The notes below the pieces were generated by a model. That model was not told where the DNA came from. It did not search any database and was given only the letters and a program-made list of their open reading frames with translations. 64,000 nucleotides of DNA from Podarcis erhardii (Eukaryota), in NCBI GenBank assembly GCA_964252035.1, contig OZ176206.1. One strand, written 5' to 3'. Below, one piece after another: positions 1 to 30,800 of this stretch (its first letter is position 1; every line of letters starts with the position of its first letter). A program made the translations under genes and the position numbers.

Positions 1-617
1 ATAGGATGGGCTTAAGGGATAGAGCTCTGGAGTCTTCTTGCTGCCAAACAAATCCAAGACTTCTTTCTTGCTTTAGTTCAAGGTGAAAAATTTGTAGTGG
101 GTGTCAAACTTGCAGGTGCACCGTATGATCATGAGAGCCAGCATGTTGGACTGGATGCAAGATTGCTGTGGACCTCAGATGCACCAGCTGAATCTCTGCT
201 CAGCCATGAGTTGCTCAAAAGCCTCAGTCTGAGATGAGACAATCCCCCACCCTGCATCTCTGGGCTTCTATATCAGAAGGCATAGCCCCCAGCAAGGTTG
301 AGCCGTAGCACATCTCAACACTATACCATGCTGGCTTTCTGTTTAAGAGTCAGCTGTTTTAAAGATATATTTATTGCTATCTAACAGAGTGAGCCCAGGG
401 GTGTAACACCTATGGGGGTCATCCAGCTGTTGTTGTTGGACTCCAACTCTGATCAGCCCTATCAACTGATATGGCCAAAGCTCAAGGGTGGTGGGAGCTG
501 GAGTTCAGCAATGCTTAAATGGCCACTGGCTCCCCACCCCCCAATTGCTTTAAATAATTCTCCTTTTTTGTAGTTGTTTTGCAGCCCTTTGGGCAGTGGG
601 GAAGGGCACAGCTTTAG

Positions 618-5800
<5,183 letters not shown>

Positions 5801-6594
5801 AGGTGCCTTTCCTTGGCTGGAGGGAGATGGCACAAAGGAACATGGCAAGCCCAGGATGCTGGGTTTCACCTGTACTTGCCTGGGAGGAGATCAGCCCAGA
5901 TTGGCAAGGAGGAGAACCTTCACAGGAATGCAGCTGGGAATGGCTTCTCTAAAGGTTCCGGGAAATGATGCTGCAGGACAAGTGTCCTAGACTCTCTCTT
6001 ACTAGAAGAGCCTTTGAGACTGCTCAGCACATCAGACTTTGCAGACTCTCCCTACCTGAAATCATGAGTTCAAGAGAGCACTGTCCTCACAGGACACAGG
6101 TTTTTGGGTGTGAGGAGGACAAGCTTTTGGGCCAGGGTTTATTCATGGCAGATCCTGCTAGGCTGAAAAACATTGGAGAAAGGGCCGACTGACTGTGATG
6201 CGAAACATTTGCTAGCAGCTTTCCTCGGCTGTTGCTTATTAACGCCACCGCTCTATGCTGGCACATAACATTGAGAGTGCCCCTGTGGCTTCCGTTTTGA
6301 CAGTGATACATCAGCATGGAAGATGATCCGAGGCAGGTGGGCTTAGGGGTTATATGATATCTAGAATTCATTCCCTCTAACTTAGATGCATAAAGTATCT
6401 GTGCTGGAGATCAGGTATGCGGGAGAGAAGAGAAGATGCCCTTTTCTCCTTCACCATCCCCATGGCTTTTGGTGATGGCAACACAAGGACTGGATGGATG
6501 ATGAACTTGGAACAGACCCCAACAGCCAGTGAGACGAGACTGGAGTGGGGCACTTCAACCACAGTAATTTATCACGAGCACTAAAATCACTTTA

Positions 6595-6600
6595 AATAAA
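6595..6600 (+). terminator. Candidate DEF8 polyadenylation signal AATAAA
   Basis: AATAAA about 800 nt after the DEF8 stop; usage not verifiable from sequence. Confidence 0.5.
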
Positions 6601-8092
6601 GCCGTGTGAAACTCTGGCTGCGTTACTATGATTTTAAGTTCTGCCTGCACAGACCTTGTCTTCTGCAAATATGTTACCTTCCTTTTCCTCTCCTGGAAGG
6701 CTCTCCTGGAAGGCTTCAATGTTGCATCCTCTGGAGCTATTCAAGACAGTTTGTGGCCAAACATAACATGAGGGCAGATAGCTAGTGCCACTACTTATTA
6801 AGATAAATTAACTTGAGATCACATGTCCAAGTAATGGAGACCATGTTGTAAAATGTGGTGCATATGTGGTAGTTATCTGCTTTTCATTCTCGGGGTGCCC
6901 TTAGCCCCTTTGTCTCTATCTGAACTAAGGAGCTTCAGGTGCAAGGAAGTTGCAAATACAACAGGTTCATCTCTGCTATGTGTACAGCTCAGTAACTTGC
7001 AAATTGTGTTAACTGTAACATGATTTTATTCAGTGGTCTGAAAGCTCCAAGTGATCTGTTGTAGCTGTTTCATAAATGTAAGTACATAGCTGATAAGTAG
7101 GCATGTGCAATTTCAGCTTGAATTATAGATGGGTTGTAGAGGGATGTGGGAAGAGGAAACATGGGTTTCAACTTCTATCAGCTGGTTGAATAGAGAGTTA
7201 TTTTAACATCACAAAGCTGCTATTATCCTAGGCTCAGCCAAGCAAGTACCAAAGTAGTCCTGCTGCCTTTGGCTTGATACGACAACACAGTGTTACCAAA
7301 AAAGCTTTCCTTGCCCTACCACAACCTATTGGGTATACTGGGCAGAAGGGACGAGGTACATATGAGATTTAGCAGCCAGGTAAGAACCAAAGAGTCCTGC
7401 TCCCAACTGACAAAATGGCTATCTAGACCATTATATAGTTTGTCACAGTAACTAACTCCATGTTTCTTGAAAGCCCATAAGCAGGAAATAAGCACAAGAG
7501 CACTCTCCCTACTTGTGCTCCCCAGCAACTGGTGTTCAGAGGCTGAGCACTTCCAGTATTGGGCTAGCCCCCAGGCATAATGGTTGGTAGCCACTGGTAG
7601 CCTTATTCTCTATTAATTTATCCAATCTGCTTTCAAAGCCATCTTGGTTGGTGGCCATTGCTACCATCTTGTGCTAGCAGATTCTATAGTATCAAAGTAC
7701 ACGGAATTGTGAGCAGTGAGAGCTTTTGTAACATGAGGCAGAATATCTTGATTCTATACATCTCTGAGCAAGTCCTATGTACTGGATTCCTAGTTCATAG
7801 CATTCTTGACACAACCTCCCCCATATTCTGGGGGTTGTACCATCTCTGGCTGACAATGTGAGGGTAAAATGTGGGTGCTGCTGTATCTCTAGTTGATACA
7901 GGAAAAAGAAGATGGAAAGACATACTGGGCTGAGAACCCAAGCAGAGGAATTCCTGAGCAAGGGCTGATTGTTAGGAAATGCTCGTTATGCCTTGAATAT
8001 TTTCTGTTTCAAGGCTGGCCCTGGGCCTCTGCATAGCTTCAGAGTAAATTTCCCTGAATACTGAGTAGTCATAATTAGAAAGGTTGCCACAA

Positions 8093-8180
8093 CTTCAGAT
8101 CTTCAGGTATCTGAAGAAGTGTGCATGCACACGAAAGCTCATACCAAGAACAAACTTAGTTGGTCTCTAAAGTGCTACAA
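8093..8180 (+). mobile_element. Penelope-like retroelement terminal-repeat fragment
   Basis: tctgaagaagtgtgcatgcacacgaaagctcatacc...ttagttggtctctaaagtgctac; the same family occurs at 55711-55869; its continuation gctacctacctg resumes at 8401 after the SINE. Confidence 0.65.
8106..8145 (+). ncRNA. Minimal type I hammerhead ribozyme motif in a Penelope-like element fragment
   Basis: Stem I GGTAT(8106-8110)/ATACC(8141-8145); core CTGAAGA(8111-8117) plus extra A; stem II GTGTG-catg-CACAC; GAAA(8133-8136); palindromic AGCT stem III; cleavage triplet ending TC(8139-8140). Confidence 0.65.
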
Positions 8181-8400
8181 GGGACGTAGGTGGCACTGTG
8201 GGTTAAACTACAGAGCCTAGGACTTCCCGATCAGAAGGTTGGCGGTTCGAATCCCCGCGACGGAGTGAGCTCCTGTTGCTCGGTCCCTGCTCCTGCCAAC
8301 CTAGCAGTTTGAAAGCACATCAAAGTGCAAGTAGATAAATAGGTACCACTCCGGTGTGAAGGTAAACGGTGTTTCCGTGCGCTGCTCTGGTTTGCCAGAG
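8181..8400 (+). mobile_element. Sauria SINE (3'-truncated)
   Basis: gggacgtaggtggcactgtgggttaaac...ggttcgaatccc (tRNA-like B box)...ctcctgccaacctagcagtttgaaagcac...gtgcaagtagataaataggtacc, matching the lacertid Sauria SINE as recalled. Confidence 0.85.
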
Positions 8401-8749
8401 GCTACCTACCTGAATCCACATTTGCATAAATAGGTTTGGGGTGGGGAGATGTACTCTTCACCCCAGTAAAATGCCTCAAAAAATCTGCATTTCACGTGTA
8501 CTAAAGCCATTATTTCGCCTTTCATCCGCTAGGCTCTGACAAAATTTTCTGGGATACGAGGCCAAATTCAATGCCGGAACTACATGTCGCCACATCAGGG
8601 TGCTGCAGCCTGTTTTCCTGGTTACACAACTTGGTTCACATACCTCCTATACGGTAGTGAGAAACGAGAAATATAGCGCCTGCGCAGAGCAAGCCCGTAA
8701 GATAAACAAAAAGCGCATGCGCTTACGGCGCCTGAGTGATAGGACAATA

Positions 8750-21591
<12,842 letters not shown>

Positions 21592-23447
21592 GGAAAGCAG
21601 GGCCAGCCTGAAAAGAAACGCATGGCACATTGTCCATTGGTCAAGCACCAAGGCCTGTTTCTTTGGCTGGGGGCAGCATTGCCGAGAGACCAGCTGAGCC
21701 TCACTTTGCCATGGAATCATGGGACACTGTCAGGCTCCCCTTCCACCAAAGGACCAGCAACAATGTTCAAGGACCACTGTCTGCAGCAAGCAACCTTTCT
21801 TCAGTTCTCCCCCTCCAACGAAGGACATGAACTGGGATGGTTGCTTGGAGCAGAGAAAAGCAGGTGCCACAAACAGCCTCTGTGCCTCCAGTAAACTCAT
21901 TGACCATCTGACGCACACAGACCCAGCAGTCTGGGAAGGTAAGAGCAGGAGAGGAGTATCCTTTCCAGGAGACTGCTCTGCTCAAGGGACCAAGGGCTGC
22001 CTTATTATGCTCAGTGCCTTCACTCCAGCTTCCCCCCTGCTTTCCCTTCCCTTCCCTTCCCTTCCCCTCCCCTGCCAGCCTGCCTTGCAAATGGGCAAGA
22101 GTGAACAGCAGAAGAATTTCTGTGAACCTTGAGAACCCCGTGGACTTATCTAAGGGTTGAAGTGAATAGGAACATGGTGCTAGTTTAAATGGTGCTACTT
22201 GAATCCTTAGCTTCTAGCTCTGTTGACATAAGGGGCCCCAGAGGATCCAGGGGGCAGGAGCTCCAAGCAAATCCAATAGGGCCACTCCAGACCATGGCTG
22301 TCCTGTGTGCAACATCAGCTGCTTTCCCATTGTCTGCGGAGCAACCTCCTTTACACAATGCCTGTTATTTCTCACCACCAAATGCCTTCCCTGCAGAGGA
22401 GGCTTTGTCTTGAGGGCAGCAGTGCAGGAACTCCCTCCTGCTTGTTTAGGCAGTTTATACTTCAGTCTCACCTGAGTCCCTGCAAAGGAGCAGCTCAGGG
22501 CCCCTTTGGGCCCTTTACTTCCTGCTGATTTTGCCTCAGAAATGTCACCTATGGTGGGCAACCAGTGGGCTTCCATGCAAGACATCTTAGTGGCTTTGGG
22601 GCTCTATCTCCTAGATCAATGTTGGAGCAGTCAGGGCAGGAGGATATGCAGCCCAACTCACCCCCCCCCCCCCACTTCTAGCACTCCTTTCTTGGCACCT
22701 TGTGCTCAGTCACCAAAAGGCTTAGAATCCGTACCTGTGAGGGTTTTGATTTGGGTGTGTTGTGCCAACTCTCTTGTAGCTGCTGCCTTTGGAACCAAAT
22801 CAACCTGGCATTTGCCCATGTATTGCCCACTGGGCAGAAGTCGTCCTGAACCCCCTGCCCCATGTTGGCAAAGCCTCCCATGTAAAACCTGTGCGTCGGC
22901 TCGGCCTTGCCCCTCCCCCCCGCCTCCACTCCACCCCCACTGCTAGCTGCTTCTGCTGTTTACTCACTTGAATGCTGGCCGTTCCAAAGCATTTGACCGA
23001 CCAGCTTCTGAAAAAGTGACTCAGCAGAAACAACGCTGACTAGCTCAGCAAAACTGCTGGCTTTACTGAAAGTCATATTTGCTACATTCAAAGACCAAAA
23101 TAAGTTTGGGCACCACCTTCTTCCAGGAGTCCAGCATAGGAGCCGTCTTCTGCATGATGAGTTGCTTTTTTCTTTCCCTGTCCTTGAGAACCTTTGCAGG
23201 GAGTCACATTTTCACATGAAAGGTGCCCCATATCTACCATATAAGTATAGGTCAGACGTATGTGTCCTTCTTGCCCAGTAATGCTGCATACCCCAGCCTT
23301 TCCCACCAGTGGTCCTCCAGATGTTTCAGAACAGGGGCTGATGGGGGCTGTAGTAATTGTAATGGTCTTGTCTGTTTTTATAGTCTTTTCTGTTGTTAAA
23401 ACCTGACCTGGGACCTTAGGGTTGAACAGCGGGCCACAAATCTTATA

Positions 23448-23453
23448 AATAAA
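23448..23453 (+). terminator. Candidate AFG3L1 polyadenylation signal
   Basis: AATAAA about 1.9 kb after the AFG3L1 stop. Confidence 0.4.
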
Positions 23454-26400
23454 ACAGCTCAGAGCATCTGAAGAGAACCAGGTTGGGGAAGGCCGGCCTG
23501 CCCTGACTGTTGCACCTCTCCAGGGTCTTGAGCAGAGGTCATATGGATTGTGGGCACCTCTGAGACACCTCTTGGCTTGCACTCAGTTCAGTAGGTTTCC
23601 CCTTCTCTCCTCTTCAGCTTTTTGTGCACATCCCATAAATTTAGCCCTGTATAGAAGGAGAGACAGTGTGCTGCTGAAGTGTGTGCAAGCATAACCTAAT
23701 TTAAAAATGAAACGCTAAAGCCAGCCCCCAAAAGACAACCAGGTTTCTAAAAAGGAAAACATATATCTTTTGTAAACAAAGGCAGATGTGCAAACCTTGG
23801 TAAGCAGATCTGCAGGGAGGGCAACAAGGAGCAATAAATAAAGTACCAAGAACATTACAGATAGCAGTGGTGTGATGTCTAAGTGTGGACACTACTGAAT
23901 ATATATCTCAGGTAAAATGGGAAGTATATGGAGGCTGAAGGAGGCGGGCAGGATTAGCAGATTGTGACAAAGCCACTGATGAGGGGGAACAAATCAGGTT
24001 GGGCACAAGTCACCCCCAGTTGAGCCTCAGTGTTATCAGTAGGGAGCAAGAAAACAGAGTTTGCAAAAAGCAGATTTTGTGGGTTTTCCAGCTGCTGGCT
24101 GGAAACCTACAGCACCCCCTACCACCTCACTTCCAATGTGCTGTGGATTCTGACTTCAGCAGCCTTTCCTCCCATGCAAGGACTAGGGAAGGAATCTATT
24201 GGACTTGGGAATGCAAGTGTATTTATTTGATAAACAGCCTGTTTTCTTCTGCATGTGGGTTTGTTTGTTTCCTTGCTTCATAAGAACAAAGCAAAACAAC
24301 AGAAAAAGCAATGATTTTGCTTTAATGGTTCAGACTACATTGCCAGGACAGGACACACCCTGTGATCTATTGCTGGGTCTGTTCCACAGCTTTAGAGGCC
24401 ACTGCTGTCTGACCCCAGGGGTTGGAGGGGGGCAGCAATAAACCATAACTGGGCACATTCAAACTTCAAACCCCAAGTGCAGAAACCTGGATTATACACG
24501 TCTGTTGGGTGAATGACAAGACAGTGGTGTGCAGGGCATCATCAAGGTCAGACCTGGGTCTGCACGGTTGATTGGGCAGTTTTCCTGCTCATGGCACCAG
24601 CAAGTGGATTGTGTGACAGAGTCAACGCTGCGGCCCAGCCCCAAGAACAGCAAAGGACACGTTGGGTCATCGTTAGGTGATATCCAGCACACTTCTGATT
24701 GGCTCCTGTAAAAGCTGTAGTTCTGCCACACTGCCTCAGCCAGAGCAACTGAGACTTTGTTTTGCCAGCTCTTACACCTTGCCCAATGAGAGGCCTAGAG
24801 CTGGGCAAGAAGTATCTGGAAGTGCCACCTCCTGCCTTCCTGACCCCTGTTCATTGTGTGCCTGCAGAAAAGTTCTGCTTGGTCCTCTGTGCCCAGGTAA
24901 ATACTGTTGCGTGTGCTGAGTATTTCAGAGGGAGCAAAGGCGCCCCCAGCTGAGCAACTGGCTGGACCTGTTGGCATGAGGAAGGAGGGAGCGAGAGAAC
25001 GGTATGGATCATTCTAGCTGCTGCTCCTGGAAAATTTGGTACTGTGGCTTTAAGAAACCCTGCTTGCTGTGAAGGACAGCCTCCAGCAGCTCTTGAGCGG
25101 AGACCCCAGGGGTGATCTGTCAGGGTTATTGAGGCCGCCTTCTCCCAACTGTGCACAATGCAAGTCCTCAGGAATTGTGCTTTGCCAAGAGTGAGCAACC
25201 CAGAGGTGAGTCTCCAAGCATGAAGGGGCTGGACTTGATGGAAACATGAACTCGCCACCTGGAAGAGCTTCATGGCCTTTGCCTTCAAGTGGCCTTGATG
25301 CTGTCGCTGTGCCAAGTGAGAAAAATGCAGCGCACCAGGGAAGTGGCTTTGGCTCCCCTGCTCCCCTTGCCTCTGGGCCTCTGTTATTGTGCTGATCTGA
25401 TGGTGTCCCTGCTGCAGCTTCCTGCCTCCACTTTGGCCAACAAAGCTGACTGTTCCTCAGATCATAGCAAGGATGAAACCAGCCTCACGTCCTCCAGAAG
25501 TGGCTGCTTTTCGGTGATGTCCCTCTTCTGCCACAAGCCCCAGTTAGATCCAGTTTAAATTGGCACAGGGACTCAGGGTTCCAGGGTTGGCTTCTGGTTC
25601 CTGTGTTATAAACAACAAACTGGGTTTTGTGAACTGGAAGGGTGTGGATGCACTTGAGAGCATCCCTGCAAACAGCTGAATTTGGCTGTGGAAGCAAAGG
25701 ATCAATTTGGGAAGCAGGCAGCTGTTGTTCTTCCTGAGCCCCCTCTCAGCACATGCACACACACACACACATTCCCTGGTGGCTCACATGTCATCTGGGC
25801 ATCATGATACACCAGCATTTCCACTTCAGCTGGCTGTGAGATCAGCTTGTGCTGCAATCAGCAGATGCTTATCTGTTAAGCCGTGAAACTCTGGACAGGC
25901 CTCAGAGTCCTCGTCATCTATGCTCTGCGCTCCACAATGGGGCTTGAAAGTTTATCTCCTCTGGTGTGGCAGGCAAAGTGGAGAGGGCTGAGGGCTGTGC
26001 ATTTTTTAATTCCCAAAGAGGAGGAAGGAACGCATCTGCAGCTCCATTTGTCTTGACACAAATCCCTCTTGCCTTAAGATGCCAGCATTTTGCTGCAGAG
26101 GATGGAGGCTGCTGCTTGCTACAGACTCATCCCAGGAATGCATGAGAAGATTTTGTCGCCCTCTGATCTGTTTGGCAAGGAAACCGGCTTTAAACTAAGG
26201 CCCAGACCACCTCTCTTGGTGGCTGTAAAGAAATGCAGCGTTCCCTTCGCCCATGGCTACTGTGGTGTCTCAGGCTGTGGAGCCGTTACCCCCCCCCCCC
26301 CAGAAAGATGCAGTCACCCAGAACAGGGCTGTGCAGTTACTCTGTAGGCTTTGGGGCTTGTGCAGTGCCCCCGTCTCCCTTGGAGGTCCGGAGAGTCAGT

Positions 26401-27840
26401 GTGGTTGATGGATCAGAGGGCTGGGCTGAGCTCTGGCCTGTGGTCCCACCTAACTGAATGGCCTCAGCTGCAAGTTGCCACCTCTCAGCCTCCGGTTCAA
26501 TGTCACTGACAGGCATGTTTTGATAGCAAACCCAGTAAGGACTGCGGCACATTTGCAAAGTGAATGGAGCAACATGATTTGAATGGTGTCGGGCTGGGAG
26601 AGAGAAGCTGCTGTTCCTGCCCCATCCTGGCTTTCCCATCCTGAGAGGGAGAGGAGAGGGGGAGAGAGGGGATGCAACCCTCTGGGTCTAGCTAACTGGA
26701 TGCCAACAGCAGGTGCCCAGTCTGCCAAGCGGCAACACCAAGTGGCTGACCAGCCATGGTGAGGAAGGTAAGGTAAACTGGACAGTGGACCCCCAAAGTT
26801 TCTGAGGCCCCCAAACCTCAATAGGGTACAAGAGGGTGTGTAAGCCTTGGAAGGAGCCTGTGCTGAAGGGGACCCCAGAGACTGAACTAACTCCCTGTCC
26901 CTGCTACAAGGGCATTCAGGCACCAGAGGGCCACCACTAGGGAAAACACAAGCTGAGTCCAGCACTTGGCTGAGAGCTTCTGGTTTAAAGCGTGCCTCTT
27001 TCCACTGGCACAAAGAGGCCTCCCCAGTTCACAAGGGGACGTACTTAGCTGCTCAATTCGGTCCTGCTCCTTCCTGGCTTCAAAGCAGTTGTGAGAATGC
27101 ACAGAGTTGCAGGAGGAGAAGCGTGCAGCTGCCCTGATGCTGAGCCAGGCCAAGCCTGTGGATGCTGTGTGCTAAGAAGACCAAAACCCCAAAGCAGCAG
27201 CTGGGAGTTAAGGCCACTGGGAAGAAAATGTGCTTTCGGAAGTGAGGGCTGGTTCCACCCTTTCCCAGCAGGTCCTCCTGGCAGCTGGACTTTTGGCTTC
27301 ATCACATATCCTGGAAGTGTTGTAGAAATGGTTCTGAGTTCCCCCAGCTTCCTTTGGTATAACAAGGTTCCTTTCCCTGGCTGAGACGCTGCCTCCTATC
27401 ACCCCAGCATTGCTCAAGGCACGTGGCTGAAGAAGGGGAACTTTTTCTCTATTGCTGTGTGCTTCAAGCCGCTCTCCCTTTCCCCAGCAAGGTAGCCTCT
27501 TGTTGGTGTGTCCATCGCCACTGGCTTTGTTGAGAAGGTAGCAGCAAAAGGTTCAAAAGTGCCTAAAGGAAACAGGGCTGCAGCCGTCTCCCCTAGACGT
27601 GGCATCTGCTGCTTGGTGTTGATGGCAATGCAGAGAAGGTCCTGATGGGCAAATGTAACTCATGGCCGGGGGCTAAGCGAAATGATTTTTACACAACCAG
27701 CAAGACTGGCAAATGTCTTGACCTGGGAGGGAGGGAGGGAGGCAGAGGAGGAGGCAGAATGAATGTCTCTTAAGGTCACAAATTGCTTGGAATTTGTGGT
27801 TAGTGCAAGAGTGAGTGTTGGCACCTTGGTCTGGCTCTCG

Positions 27841-30800
27841 TTATTCTTCTTTCGGCTTCTCCACAGTAAGGAAAGTGTCTGCTTTGCTGGCCTGGAGCTC
27901 CGAGTCGCTGAGGTGCTTCTTCTCCCGGCCCTGATCACCTTTTGACCTCGTCCAGGATGGGGAGCGCAGGTAGCCAGCCCGGGGGTTAGGGTGGGGGTGG
28001 GGGTGCAGACCTATGCCGAGAGAAAGAAAGGCAGGTCGGGACCTGACCAGCACACCTGGTTGCTTCCTCACACCGACAGACCTTTTGTCAGGACTGCCGT
28101 ATGTCCGGAATTTCCCAGACATATCTGGGGATTTGTCCGCCAAAAATAGCGTCCAGGCAGAATTTTCAGAAATCGTTTAGAATGTTTGGGAAAATCCAGG
28201 TATATGACAGCCTACATGGGAAGTGTTGGTTTTTTGTTTTTGTTTTTGCAAATTTCCTGTTTTAAAAAGCTCAAAACTTTCCTTCTTTCTTTCTCTCTCT
28301 TTCTTTCTCTCTCTCTCTTTCTTTCTTTCTTGGAGATTTTGCAAAAATCAGGGCTCAGCCACACTTTCGTCTACCCGTATTTTGATTGCATCGTGTACCA
28401 ACTAATTCCCCCAGGTCTAAGAGTTTCCCCATTGTTCTGTGGCTGTGCCTTGAGAAAAATCCATTGTACCCGTTGACTCAGAAGCTCGGTAAGCAACATC
28501 TCTCTTCGGATTTTCCATGCATCTGAGGAGATCCAGTTCAGTGGGTAAGAACTGGTTTTTGCAAGGCACAGCTGCAGAACAATGAGAAAACCTCTCGGAC
28601 CCTGGGGAATTACCGTATTTTTCCATGTATAACACGCCCCCTATTTTGGGGGACTTCAAATTAAGAAAATGGAAAATGGCAGCCAATCGCCAGCAGCCCT
28701 TCTCACAGCCACCAATCACCAGCACTATTGCCACTGAGAATCTCCTGCTCGCAGCTGTGACCAATCGCCCAACCCCACTCTGCACTACCCAAGTATAAGA
28801 CGAGGGATAATTTTAAAGCTAATGTTTAAATTAAAGACCCTCATCTTATAGATGAAAAAGTACAGTAATCAGGGCAGAATGCAATCAAAATACAAGTCAA
28901 GTTTGGACGAGCCCTTCCACATACTGGGTGTCAAAGGCAGCTATCTGAAGCAATGTACAATAAAAACAAAACAAATATCCAAAGCAGATAAAACAACAGC
29001 AGAGCAGAAGAGAAGCAGATTAAAACAGTAGCCAACTTAAAATTCTCAGTGAGAAACACAAAGTCCTCCCACTCCGGCGAGGGGAAGCTAGTCATGCGCA
29101 GCGCCAGCTCCCAGCTGTGTCCACATCAAAGGACACATCCAGCTAGTTCCGTGGGGCCTTGATGAGCAGCTCACATGGGTCTCCCTTGCTGTACTTGCGG
29201 CCTGTGCAGCCAATACATTTTGCAAGGCCTGCTCAAAATCAAATAGGCTCCCTTTCCAGACACAGCCTCCCAGTGAAAGAGGGAGGACTTTGAGCCCCGC
29301 ATTTTCTGTGAAGAAGTAGAACAGAGGTGTGGGATCCACTGGGTGTTTTTGGCAGATCCCCTGAGAGTCTGCTCGCCTCATTCTGTGTGATCCATGCACA
29401 TGATGGCCAATAATAACAAATCAAAAAGCCAACCTGCAGCCTGGATTTCCCTCCCTGCCTCTTCTTGTCTGCTGAGAGTGCAGGGAACTCTCCTCATTAA
29501 TTCCACTCACACTTTCCCACCAAGGAGGCTGATCTGCATTTCCACTCCATCTGTGTCACTGGGATGCAGCTGCTGCCTCCGTAGACACCATCGCAGACAC
29601 CCTCTTCATACCCCTCTCAGCACAGCTGCTCATCGTGCCATTGCTCTGGGAGGGGCAGGAGAAGAGGGCCTGTAATCATGGGATGGGGAGCCCTCCCTCC
29701 TCCCTACACACACAGCGCACAAGCCCTCCCTAGAGCAATAGCTTGCGCATCATCCTCAAGCAGATAATGAGGACATCATTACTCAGAGGAGAACCAGCTT
29801 GCCCCAGGGAGAAGCTTGATATTTTCCACAATCAAAGAGAACATCCTCTAAGCCAAAGTGTCTCCTTTTCTGAGACACCTGTCAAATGCTATCTGTTTTC
29901 TGAGACTCTTGGCACAGCTGGGCTGCTTAATGAGGCGCACACACACCCCTACCGGCATGCTTGATTAAGCAGATTTCACACTGTCACTCCATGCTTGGGT
30001 TCCTTATCATCACAGGTGGGGTTGATTGGCTCAGGTGACCTTTCTGCCGCAGCAGCTCTGCCTGGGGTGATGTGCAAGCCCCACAAGGCAGTTGCCAGGC
30101 ACTCTTCCCCCTGCCACTGCCCTAGTCTTTGTGCCCTAGATCTTGCCTAGCTGATTAAAAGCATCTTACTCTGTTTGCAATCCTGTTGCCACTTAACTGG
30201 GAGTAAGCACCATAGAACTCAGTGGGACTTACCTCTGGCTAGAGATGGATAAGATTACGCTGCAAGACTTGGGCCTCATAGACTCACTCTTGTGCACTGA
30301 ACATCAACAGTTTTTAAAAAGTAATTTTGAGAATTAGATGCATGACGAAAAGGAAAAAGGAAATTAGGGCACCTGAGTACAGAAACATATTTTGCGGAGC
30401 CATAAGGCACCATACAGAGTTGCCATTTTGCAATTGAATATGCTTCAGGTTGGAAGGCAACAGATCTCAGGGCATACATCTGATGCTTAGGCCCTTTGTG
30501 GCATCATGTCTGAACTGCTTCTTGTTAAACTTAAAGCCTGGGGAGGGGAACAACAGACCAGAATTATACTGAAATCAATAAAATCCTATTGAATGGGGTA
30601 ACAGCATTAATCCCAACCAGCAGGAACTATGGTATAAAAAGGAAAGCATTCTAAGAAGCTGCAGAAACGGCAACTTTGTTTGTGGTTTGAAAATTTTCTA
30701 GGATCAAAACTGGAGAGCAGAGTCGCCTCTCGAGATATGCTTCTCCTAAGTAATCTCACACTTGCAAGTGAGATTACTAGAGGGTGAGATTACTAGAGGC

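Noticed and set aside
26919-26935. GCACCAGAGGGCC CTCF-like motif
   Set aside because: Mismatches at key core positions; expected by chance in 64 kb.
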